From positions 599,387 to 663,386 of the forward strand of contig NMRA01000169.1 of assembly GCA_002633005.1 (NCBI GenBank): a stretch of DNA of 64,000 nucleotides, read 5' to 3'. Origin of the DNA: Phoronis australis. Taxonomy: Eukaryota; Animalia; Phoronida. How positions within the stretch are numbered: position 1 is the stretch's first letter; the number at the start of each line of letters is the position of its first letter. The notes under the pieces were generated by a model. The model saw nothing but the letters and a program-made list of their open reading frames with translations. It made no database searches and was not told where the DNA came from. The position numbers and the translations under genes were made by a program. Shown one piece after another: positions 15,101-27,100 of the stretch.

Positions 15101-18100
15101 GAAACACGTCAGTAAAAATTAAAAGAAAGAAGCGCCCATTTACATTAATTTCATCTTTTTCAAAACTGCAAATTCGTGCCAGCAAAAGAAAGAAATCCTG
15201 CACCACCATAATGACTTTGTTGCTCATTTTTGTTGTTTTTTTTTAGATAGTGGGCAAAAAATACCACTCCATCCCATCAGTTATGTGGGAAAAAGAAAGA
15301 CTATAACCAGCGATGCATTTTTGGCCTTATTTTGCTGATGTGGTTGTTGTTTCAGTATTTCGTAGTTGATTGTTTGTTGTTAAATTAAAAGTGTCAACTA
15401 CAGGTTTTGTTGGAAACATTTTGTCCATCAAAGATTAAACGAAACATCTCTTGCTTTTCCCAGGTTTTATTTCATTCCAGTTAATATGTTAATGCCTAAT
15501 TTCAAATCCACAGTACATAACAACAGATTACATGGAACTTGTCTCGGCCCTGGAACCAGCATTGAGTGTTAAAGCCAAAGAGGACCTAGCCACATCATTA
15601 GTCAGAATTCTCCAGAAAGTGGGCGGTGCTAAAACATTTCTGACAGACGTGGTTATGAGTGAAATCAAAAAACTAGGTCAGTGAGATTTTCCTTCACTAG
15701 TTTTTTCCCACACATGACTTCCAGTCTACTGATATGAATTCACAAAAGGATTTTTTTTCACTTCATGTAAATGTCAAAAGGCAACAAATTGAATGTAGTG
15801 AAATGTTGCAGAAAGTAGTTTTTTGTTGTAAAGTGGTGGCAACAATGAGCTCCAAATCCACCAGGTGGCGCTGGTGAAAGAGTGGTTCTACCTGAAAACG
15901 AATGTTATTGGCTAAGCACATGAGATTCTCATCTCATAGTTAACAGAGGACCTCTTTGTTTTAGCACCATCTAGTAAATATCCAGTTGTCCATTGCTATG
16001 ACGAGTCATTTGCTTTTTTGTCAACTACTTTATTAGTATTGTTCCTAAATATTCATTCTACCGCATTCAGATGTACACCATAACAACTTTTGGTCGGGCC
16101 ACTTACCATTATCAAGTCAGTGTCATCTTGTCCTCACTCAGGTTGAAAAAAGTGACACGTCACTATTGCTTCAGATGAGACTCATTGGTCTGCTTGAACA
16201 AGTGCTTAGTTATGAATCACTGATGCAATGTGGCAGTCCGAATTCTACGGGATTTAGTGTGTCCTATATGAATTTAAGCTGAATGAGTTGGCAATGATGT
16301 TGCTTTGGAAGTTACACGATGATACAATCTTGTCAGTAATGTGGACACAATGTGGTGGAACGCAAGGGCTCAATTTTTCCATTTTTTTCTGAAAGTTAAA
16401 TCGCACCAAATTAAATAATTTTTAAGCTCTATGTTATACCTACCATCAGACGGTGTTTTGAGAAATTGTGGTTTTTCAAAGTATTGTGAGAAGCCTTTGG
16501 ATAATGACAAAAGATCATCTGTGGCGATTATTTGTGTCCAAAATTGGTGAGATTTTACGGTAAAGAAATTTGTGTCAGCAGGTTTATAGCCGTGTTAAAT
16601 CCAAAGTACATCGTTTGTTTGAGACATAATATCGTAATATCTAGCAGTGAACAATGAACTAATTTCAAGCCTTTTCAGTCTCTAGTGAATTTATGATATT
16701 GATTGCAGAAAATGACAACCTGACATTCCGGGGGAACTCTGTACCAACCAAGGCCATGGAAGCCTATATGAAGCTAGTCGGTGAGAAGGTGAGTGAAGTC
16801 GAGCCATAGATTTGCAATTCGATAAAATAAAAGCTCAGACAGTGCAATTTTGTATCATTTGTGTTGTGTAACTGTCATCAAACTGGTTCTCAAAATTCAG
16901 GACTCTTGCTGGTGGCTGTTACTGCAATTCCGCTAATAAACTGCGCTTTGTCTGGTTAGGTCTGAAAAGAGCAAGGGAACATTGATTAATGTACAGGCCC
17001 CTCTTTGGGAAAACACAACATTATACTCTTTGTGGTATTAAGAACGTAATTCATTCATGAACAGCAGTAAGGGACTCTATATCTGAAACATGGAAACGAT
17101 AAAATGTAAGCTAGCGTGATTTGATAATTGTGTGGTTTGGTGTAATGTAAGGACAATAGTAACCAGTTGTGGATCGGGATTACCTCATTTACTTCCAAAT
17201 TTATCTTTGATTATCTTCTCATGCTCACATTATATGACGCATCTGCATGAGATCATCTCCATGGTTACTATCTGTAACCTTCTGCATTTCCTTTGACCTC
17301 TCCGTTTCCTCTCAGTACTTACAAGACACACTGGGTGAGTTCATCCGCGTCCTGATCGAAGCCCCCGACGAGTGCGAGGTGGACCCCAGCCGAATACAGA
17401 CAGGTGGCTCCCTCTCCAGGCATCAGACCAACTTAACCATGTATTGTGAGATGGCCTGGGCAAAAATAATCAACTCATTCTGCTACTTTCCCAGGCAAGT
17501 GGAAACAGTGAACCCACTTTGGGTTTTGATATTCACTACATTGTCATTATTATCAGTCTGCCCTGCATTGAAGAAAATAACATCGTGGTGTTTTAACTCA
17601 TCACCAATTTGCTACTGTAACAACACTCTTGGTAGTTAATTACCGTTTTGGATGAATAGTTTTTGTGGTCGGTACAGTGTTGCGGTTTTTTGCTGTTGTC
17701 CATTTTTTTATGTATTTCTTGCGATACATATATTTGAAACCCTGAGGAACCCATTACAGGTAAAAATTGACAGTGGGGTGATGATCATAGGAAGGTTGGA
17801 TGGAGCTTGCTAATGTGAACACAATATTTCATTGAATTCAGTCCTGCTGCTAGGGCTGCTTGTTCAGCTGTGTAATCCTTTAGCAACACCTCAGTTATGT
17901 CATAAAACTATGTCTGTTGACTGTTAGCTGGGGAGCCAGCTGGCTCTCTATTGTGTTGGCAGGGAATGGTTTAACTTGCCCTGCACTCGACAAATTTAAT
18001 TGGGTTTTGGCTTGAATGTTCACCTGTACTAGGTCCCTCATGGCTCTGATTTCATCTTTTATCATCGTGGAAAACGTAAGTAGACAAGCGCTTTACTTAT

Positions 18101-21100
18101 TATTTCATTGAGTAGGCTTGGATGTCATTTTTAACTGAACTTTGCCATTGCAGGGAATTATGGGAAGTGTTCTCGAGTTTTCGCCAGAAGTGTGAGGACG
18201 CTGGTCGCGAGGATGTGGCAGACAACATCATCAGTGCATGTATCTTCCTGCGTCTTCTCTGCCCCTCCATCATGTCACCCAGTTTGTTTGGGATCACACA
18301 AGGTATGAAAAGTTACCCCTGGCAGTTTATTGAGGGTGTCCGATCCATTACCAATATCCCCTATGTAGTTTCAACTCAGATAAAAGTGGTTTCGAAGATC
18401 AGATAACTTAGTTTATTATGAAGTGTTCTCGTGATCTTTTGTTAGCGCTCACAAATCAAACCAATTATGTACCACAGTTACATCCCTTGAGCACTGGAGT
18501 TACATCCCTTGTTCATTGCCCTGAAGTCATTGCTGACGTGGTAATTGCTGTGCGCTCTGGTATCGAACATTTCTGTTTACCGCTGTCTGTGCAAAAATCT
18601 TGACAAAGTACACACGACCACAGTACGAGCCAAGTTTCTAATGTTCCATCTTCTTGAACTGCATATGCGTTCTCACTAACAGAATTCTTTTGTCATGACC
18701 ATAATTTGCCTCTCATGGCTGGAATTTTTCTTTTCTTATGAACTTGTTAGCTTTGTTGTAATAAACAGTTGTTACAGACTAATGACTTATGTAAAAGAAC
18801 ATTGTCTGGAAAAGCAAAATTGTGGTCAGTTAGCAAGAAAAGAAGTGTACGGATGGAAAAAGTACAATCATATGAAGAAGATACACTTTGCAAGAAAGAT
18901 TAAATGTCGTTAGCGAAAAAAGAAATTAATGCATTCATATGAAAACAATTGCGATGAGTGAGACTGGAAATACCACAGATGAGAAAGGAATTACATTCAT
19001 AAGAAAAGGCCAGCACTGTTTTAGTGAAAATGCCTTAGTGGTTGACATAGATAGATCAGTTATTTCTGCCATCGATGACTAACAGACAAGTTGTAGTAAA
19101 GATTTCCACAACTACAGTTTGGCTGCGTTGTTTGAACTGGTATGTCAGTTTATTGATGAAACTTATTGTTCTGATGTCTATTGCAGAACTGCCAGACGAA
19201 AAGTCGTCCAGAAATCTCACTCTTATTGCCAAAACTATACAGAATCTGGCTAACTTCACCAAGTAAGTAGATCTCTTCGTGCAAAGTGGTAGCACTCATC
19301 TTTGTTTCATTCAGGTATTAAAAATTATTTTATACCCTCTCGCCGTGGGAAACCTGAAAATGATGAAAATGTTTCCCCTATGATGGAAAGCTCGTAGAAA
19401 ATGATGATGTAAAAAATTGTGGAAATATTTTGAGATAAAGAAATGATCCCCCCTCCCCTTTGAGCATTCTGTTATGTTTTGCAACAGTTGCGAAATAGGA
19501 TCACTGCAAAATATACTTTCTGGGCATCTCAAGGAAAATGAGATTATGTGGAAAATGAAAACACAATGTGAATGTTAACCGTAAAGAAGTAATTGTAATA
19601 AAATAATCGATTAAACTTCAAAAGGTATATTGAGCGCTGTATAGGCGACTATTTACCGTGGGGTATTCCGTTTCACGCAATGTTTCCATTTAATTTAGAG
19701 CATCAGTCACAAAAAATGAGTCACGAAACGAGACAAGTTGGTAGTTTGACTGTTGTCTGAAAGGAGCTCATAGGTGTTATCGTTGGCTTAACAAACCATT
19801 TCATTTAATATGTTATTTTACTTTCAAGTTAGCACTTATTGATCTGCCAATTATAGCGCGCATTATCACTTAATTGAGCTATGTTAGCACCAGCCTCTAC
19901 ACTGACTTTTCAACCATGTTTCAGTGCTTCATATTATCAAATGCAGTTTGAAGGCCTTGTCTTGATTGGTGATGGCAATGTGGATGTCTCTTCACATATA
20001 TGTACGCTTGATTCCATGGGTCCTGTCTTACTGAAAGGGGTTCGAGAACGTTCTGCTCATCTTAAAATCTCAGCGAAATTGTCAGGACAAGATTTGGCCA
20101 AAGTATGCCTCGAATGCGCCACCATCCATGGAGATGTTTTCCGATTGTACAGTGCTTTGTAATAGTCTAATATAACACGCCCGCAGTTTGAGAACCAGTT
20201 TTCTCCACTGAATAACGGTATCAACTGGTTCTTAAAATCTAGGCACATTTTATCAGACTGTTACCTAGTGCTTCATTGGTTTCCATTCACTTTTAGCCTG
20301 TTGTTTGAACATTCATTCAAAATTAGCTAGAGCTGCCTACACGTTGCAGTCTCCTAACACACTTGAATTTCTGCCTCAGGTTCGGCACCAAAGAAAGCTA
20401 TATGATCTTCATGAACGAGTTCGTTGAACGCGAGTGGGTCACAATGAAGAACTTCCTCAAGCAGATCTCAGTAAGTAGAAACATTTGTCTCACTACTTTA
20501 CACGAATACAAATTTCGAATTTTGTTTGAGCCATCTCTGGCCATAGCAGGGATATGATGTTCAGTGGATAGTAGTATCTGTTATAACGACTAGGAAGACG
20601 GAGTGTTATGCGTATGTGACTACTCTGTACATCTTTCCGTAGAAGCGCACACCACTTCGTGCATGGGGAGTGTTAATGTTGCCAGATGGTGCTTATAAAA
20701 CTACTATGCTTGTTGTTCAAACACATTGGGTTCTAGTAGTCACGCATCATTGCCCACGAAGTCCGTCATGATGGTGGACACCTGTCTGATTTCAATCGCT
20801 GTTCAGATGTGGAAAATGAGGACCACCCTTCCTTAGCCCCATCTATTGATAATAATTTAAGTCTTGGATTGTCTCTTCTTTGTCTAGAGCTCTGAGTGCA
20901 AGGGTAACCTCCTGGAGTTCGACGGTTACATCGACCTGGGCAAGGAGCTGTCTATACTACACACACAACTCAGTGAAGGGCTTTTAAAACTAGAAAAGGT
21001 GAGAAACTGGTCTATTTCCTCTGTTGGTCGAATGTACAGTGGTTTGAATAAATGGCATTGAATACTCGATGGAACATATTGATGTTACAGGTGGACGTGA

Positions 21101-24100
21101 TGTTATGATAGTCTATAGAATGATGTCCCAGGTGTCTCAATATTGTCATCTTCTGAAATATACAGCCCTGAGGTTGTCATAGCAACATGGGATTTGTTGC
21201 ATCCTGCCCACCTTTTAGCACTTTCTTTGTGTTGCGCAACTGTACAGTGTTAATTTTCAATGACAATATTTAAATCTGCTTTACTTTTCATGCTTGTTCT
21301 AAATTTGTAATAATGGTACGGTCTCACCAAGTTAGGAGAAAAGTAATTCCCAAAATTTCTCTTCTTTCATTTTTCAAAGCTTTCTGTCCATGTTGTGAAT
21401 ACCCACAGTTTTTCCAAGATGTTTTCTGTTGGTGGTTGTTGTACAAAACTTGAATATGGCAAAATAACATTTTGTTAATGCATCCTTTAAAATAATGAGA
21501 AAATAAAATTTCTCCCATCCACCATATTGTGTCATACGTTGCTGAGCTTTTACCATACACTTAGTTGTTGACAGTTTTATTTTAGTATAGTTTGCAAGGT
21601 AATATTTTGTTTGTTGTAATAATTACCATGGTAACTACAATCTCTTTCATTTAGTAACTTTCTTGTTTCCAGGGGCCCGGAGTATGAATACATAGTTGAT
21701 CATAATATATGATTTTCATGTGTTGATTATTGCTGTTTTTGTATTTTTAATTTAATTTTGCATTTATTTTCTTTGCAAAAATGAGCGTTATTATCTTGAA
21801 AATTGTCTTATTTTAGGGTGCTGCTGATAAACTGTCCAGTCTCAGCTCAATACTGGACAAGATCGCGGCTGCCAAAGACAACCCCAACGCGGGGGCCCCA
21901 CCTGTTCAACCTCCAGGTGACATCACGGCCTTGCTCAACCTCGGCCTCTCAGCCACCAACAGTATCACCGTGACAACAGATACTTCTGTATCCGGGGAGC
22001 CAGCGCGTAAGGATATTTACACCTCCGATGATTCTAGTCGCACGACGTATGCAAATCGCCAGCACGTGAATGGGATGAGTTGTGTTAAAACTAAGAGACT
22101 GGGTGTCGACCTTGCTGTGCCAGATGACTACGTGCTTTACGGTGCAATGGATGGCGCCGAAAGTCCGGGTGCTGGTCCACTACGGCGCCCACCAGAAAAC
22201 CAGCTCAATCGTACATGGCGGCAAATGGTGAGCGCCGCCGAAGTGGTCAATGGCGACTACGTCGACCTGATCACGTTCATGGACGAGGAGGCGCGACGTC
22301 GTCAAGACGATGGTGATGGGTCGCAGGTGTCCGTGGGTCAACTGTCGACGGTCGCGTCGTCCGGTTACCAGAGCTTTGGCAACTACAGCCAGTCCAGTTC
22401 ACCAGTTGACCTGGCCGGTAACCACGACGAACACGGTGACCCCCGACACAGTCCAGTTGGCTTGCAGAACATGCAACCACTCTCATTTTCAAATCCGCTG
22501 TTTCAGCACCGTGAGCAGAGCATTGTGGGAAGGCGAGATTCTGGTGAGTGGGTTTTTGGTTATTTTTCCTCAAATGCGAACAAAAAATAGTCGACGCTGG
22601 ACTTAATTAATCTTTATTTCTTCATTTCACTAAGTATAGACGGTCATCAAGTGAAATTTTGGATGGACATAACAACAAATAGTTCATCTTGTTTAAGTTC
22701 TGTACCATTGCTACTGTCAGAAAGAGGAGGCAGTGTGGCTTAGTCGGAAAAGTATCGGCTTTCTTTCGTTCGCTCGAGTCCCACTGGGACCCACTACAAG
22801 ACCTTTGAGTAGGATCTCTAGCTCGGTTTTAACTATATATTAGTAAAGCATAAAATTGGTTTCAGGTGATCAGTGTTACGAGCCCACTTGAGCGGCCTAC
22901 GTACGTTTGGTACGAGTGCCAGACCGCCTGTAATTTTTTTACTGTTATACGATGTTTCAAGAAATTATGTACATTCACAATGATGATAAAATGAAAAATA
23001 TCAATTTGGCATTAATTTTTATCTGGATTTGTGACAAGATTTTACTCTGTGTGAAATCACATTGATACGTAATTAATGACAAGCAGGGAGTTAAATAACG
23101 AGAAGCAATGGAATGAAAATTGGAGTAGCTTTAACTCTTATGATACTTATTGTCTAAAATTGTCTTCAATGCAGATTTATAAAAATGCAGTAGTATGGGT
23201 CATTGTACTATATATTTACTTCTCATTGTAGAAACATCATCAAGCTCAATAAGTGAGGATGTCTCTACCCCATCTCAGCACAACATGTCATTCGATGATG
23301 GCGACAAGCTGGATCAGCGCCGTGATTGGCTACGCCGATCGGCCAATGATAGTTCTTTGTCCGGTCTGCGGAAAGTCAGTTCTGACCAAGTTATAGGAAA
23401 ACGTTCTGAGGAGCTACAGAAAAAAACCAGTGTGGACAATTTTTTTAGCAGACCCAGTAGCGGTGGTAGTGATCAAAAGACCGTTGGTGTCAGTGGCAGT
23501 GCTTCAGGCAGTGTACGAAAAATTAGTATTGACAATGTTGGTAGGACTGTGAATATTGATACCAGTGGACGAAAAATAAGTATAGACTCCGGTGGGAAGA
23601 AAATCAGCGTCGCTGCTGGCAACAGTGGTCCGAGCGTTCAGGTGCGGTTATCGAGAACTGTTCCGGAGCGACGTGACTCTCACGAGGTGATGCTGCGGTA
23701 TGCGCAGGCTAATTCTCGTAGTGACAATGAGCTCAGTGGTCTCGTGAACAGTGGCGACACCATGAGCTCGAGCTCAAAAACACTAACTGGTGATCTCGAT
23801 CTCCGAGTCAGTCAGTCTAGTCCAAAAAATACTCGCAAGTGCAATAATGTAAACTCTTCCGCATTCAATGTCGGTCTGTCATTGTCGGAAAGCGCCCCGA
23901 GCCTGAGTTACCGCTCCAGTATTCACCGGCCGATATCCGACTACACGGATCTGTCGTCGGATGCGGCGGCAATGTCCAATAGCTCAGCGCCACCTAAGCA
24001 GTATACAACGCTCCCTTCCAGTGGCCACAGTCGAGCGGCTGCTGTTACAACTCCATCGTCAACAAATCCGCACTACTCGACCAGCGTCAGCCTGCAGACG

Positions 24101-27100
24101 ATCAACACACAGTCATTGGATGATGCTGTCAGCGCATCAACGCCACGCACGTTGTCGTCTGATAACATTCTCAGCAAAAGTCCTGATACACAGGGTTTCC
24201 TGACCAATCACGAGCGGCGACTGTCCGTGCCTCAGAACCCAGTCAGAATGGGAATCCGGTCAGTTCACATGAAAATCCAGGAACAAGATAAGGCCAAAGA
24301 AGTAAGTATTGGCAAAATAAGGCCAAAGAGTATTGGCAAAATAAGGCAAAGAAAATAAGCATTACCAAGATAATGCCAAGGAACTAAGAATTAGTAATGG
24401 CCATTGTATCTTTAGTCGGCATTGTTTTAACAGGTTTTTGTGCTGGACTGCAACTACTCTCATGGATGTGATTAATAGTTTCATTTATTTGATGTGGTTT
24501 TTCCTTTGTTTAAAAACATTTAGTGTTGTCAAATCAAATCGTCAAAACTAAAATAACAGTGGAAAAAGTTCTTCAATTTGGAACAAAAAATTGCTAAATC
24601 ACCATTTTTGTAATGTTCAAACTAAGGCATACATTACAACTAATGCTCACTATTTTACGAAATAATCTTGGGTACATGTGTACCAGACCCCAGATGCCAA
24701 CAAAATAAATATTTCTCGGGCGTTATTTTTGTCGACTAACTTGACTAAGTTAAATTCACTTGTTCGCCATATTATGACCTTAACTGATGAATGTTCAACG
24801 TAAATTATTACATTTTAAATCACTGTTTGTCGGTGAACGTGGAAAACGTTGTTGTTATAACATGCTTTGAGTTGTTTTTTTTCAGACTGAGCGAGAGTTA
24901 GAGAAGACACAGTTACAGCTGAAGGATACACAGGACCGTTTGCGAGAGGCGGAGTTACAGCTGACTGGTAAGGATAGGGAAATAGAGTGACACAGAAAGG
25001 GTTTGGCTACACTGTCGGTGAAATTATTCCAGAACCTGTGCTATCCCCCATATATGCTGTATACCGTGACTGCGATAAACATGCAGTGATCTATTCACCG
25101 ATGTTCTTTTGTTGGTAATGGCTTTGTCCAGTGGTCCATATCATTCTTGTTTTTAAAGGGTGTTAACAACATACTAAATCGTGGTTTACTCTGTTAACAT
25201 ATACCTCTAGTTTTCTGAAATGTTTGAAACAACACAATGTCTTGATACCCCTTCAACCATCTAAAGTTTGATGCGAGTGTAGAAATGTCTTAAGAAGTCG
25301 CTCAAATCAACAATCATTATTTAACAAGGCTTGAGATACAACGAGTACACTTGATTGACTTCACCAGTTCCAAATGGTCATCCAGTTAAGACAACTGGTT
25401 AGTAATACTGTACCTGTAACAAGTGCATTGATCCCCCAGACCATCCTCATGGTTAGTTCTCAATGACAACTTACAGCTTAGAAATCGTGCAGACAGACAC
25501 CTTAGCCAGTTAAACTGGTTAAACCAGTGAAGTCTGTCAAGTGCAAACATCTTGGCAGCTTTTTTGCTAAAAAGTGCTTTTAGTCTCTCAAGGAAGTGCT
25601 CGTTTATGACAGAACAAGATTTGGTTAAGACCAAATCAATATGACATAATAGGATAGTTCGCTAACCGAGCATTAGAGGGAGCTTCTAGTTGGTACACTG
25701 CTTTGAATAATGCCCTCTGTTGTTCTTCACAGCACACAAGGAGATGACAGACCGGCTGATCGACGAGTGGCGTCAGAAGCTGCACGACCGCGAGCGTGAG
25801 ATGTCCGAGCAGAAATACGAAAAGGAACTGCAGGAGCGGCAGATGAAGGATATTATACAGAGGTAGGGGCTTGCTGTCTGTTTCATTTTAAGTTGCACTG
25901 TCCGCCAGCAGGACAATAACAGTTGGACTGAGTGTGTTTTGGTGCGGGTTGCTTTAAAATATACAATACTTCTCTTTTGTCGTGCAAATTATAAGTCTGA
26001 TTTTCCGAATCATGTTGTAGTGAAAGTTGTTTCCGTGGTTGGGGTCTAATTAAAACAATGATTGCTTGCCTCAGTTACCACGTACCTACCCGTTTAAATG
26101 AAATGATTCATTTGTGACAAATGGCATCATTCATGGGGCAACGACGTGTGTAGTGAGCTTGTGTTGGTTGGTACTTTAATGATGTTCATCAACAACAAAA
26201 TGGTTTTGAATCATTTTAAGGTGACCCGCATGCAATTCATTGTGGCTACTTAACATGCACCGCCGTAAGTTACTCACTGCACTGAGTGGCATGGTCAAGT
26301 AGAAATAGTGTTAACTTTGATGTCTAAGGCAGCTGTTTCTCATTAAATTTGGGAATATTTAAACAGGCGACTGGGGTTTCAACTAGAACTAGTTGTTTGA
26401 ATGCTGTTAATGAAGATAAAAAACAGGAGCGTGGATCACTTTCACAATTTTGTTTATCAAATCACGCATCAAATTCATGCAAAACAAAGTTGTATGTTTG
26501 TATCATTTCTTCTCTGGATCATAACTCGAGAGTTGAAGCTAGTTGAGTACTCTGTGGGTGGTATACTTTAGAATTAATATATTCATCAAAGGAATGAGAG
26601 ATGGCTGCTTTATCTGTTTGCCTTTGTTCATTAGACAATAACTAGCTAAGACCTCAGTTAATAACCAATATTTTCCAACCTAATGTTCTGATAAGTCGCT
26701 AACATTTCGCCACATTGATTCCACTAACTAAAAGCAAAACACTGTCTGCTGCAACCTTGGCCAGCGATCGGTAGATCCAGAAAACTCCCAGAAGTGCAGG
26801 ATCATGAGATATTGCTATGCGTTATGGAAGAATCATGTGATCTCACTAGATTTGCTTCTGAAATTCTTGCGTCTACGGATTGCAGCCCGGTTTATATGTG
26901 AGCAGCTATCTTTCTCCCTTCCTCTGGGAATCTGCACCACTGGAATAAATGAATATTTGGTAGTTTTCTCCCCTTCATGAGTTATCTCAAGTAGTCTAAG
27001 TTAGCAAGCTTCATTGTGAAGTAGTTGAGTGATACCAGTGACTTATATTATGACCGTAAGGATGTAACTATGTTCAATATCTGTTGTCGCTAAAATATCT

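Noticed and set aside
16340-16620. Dispersed similarity (tccaaaattggtgagatttt) also at ~40325 and ~60741
   Set aside because: Probably an old interspersed repeat, but boundaries and class cannot be defined by eye.
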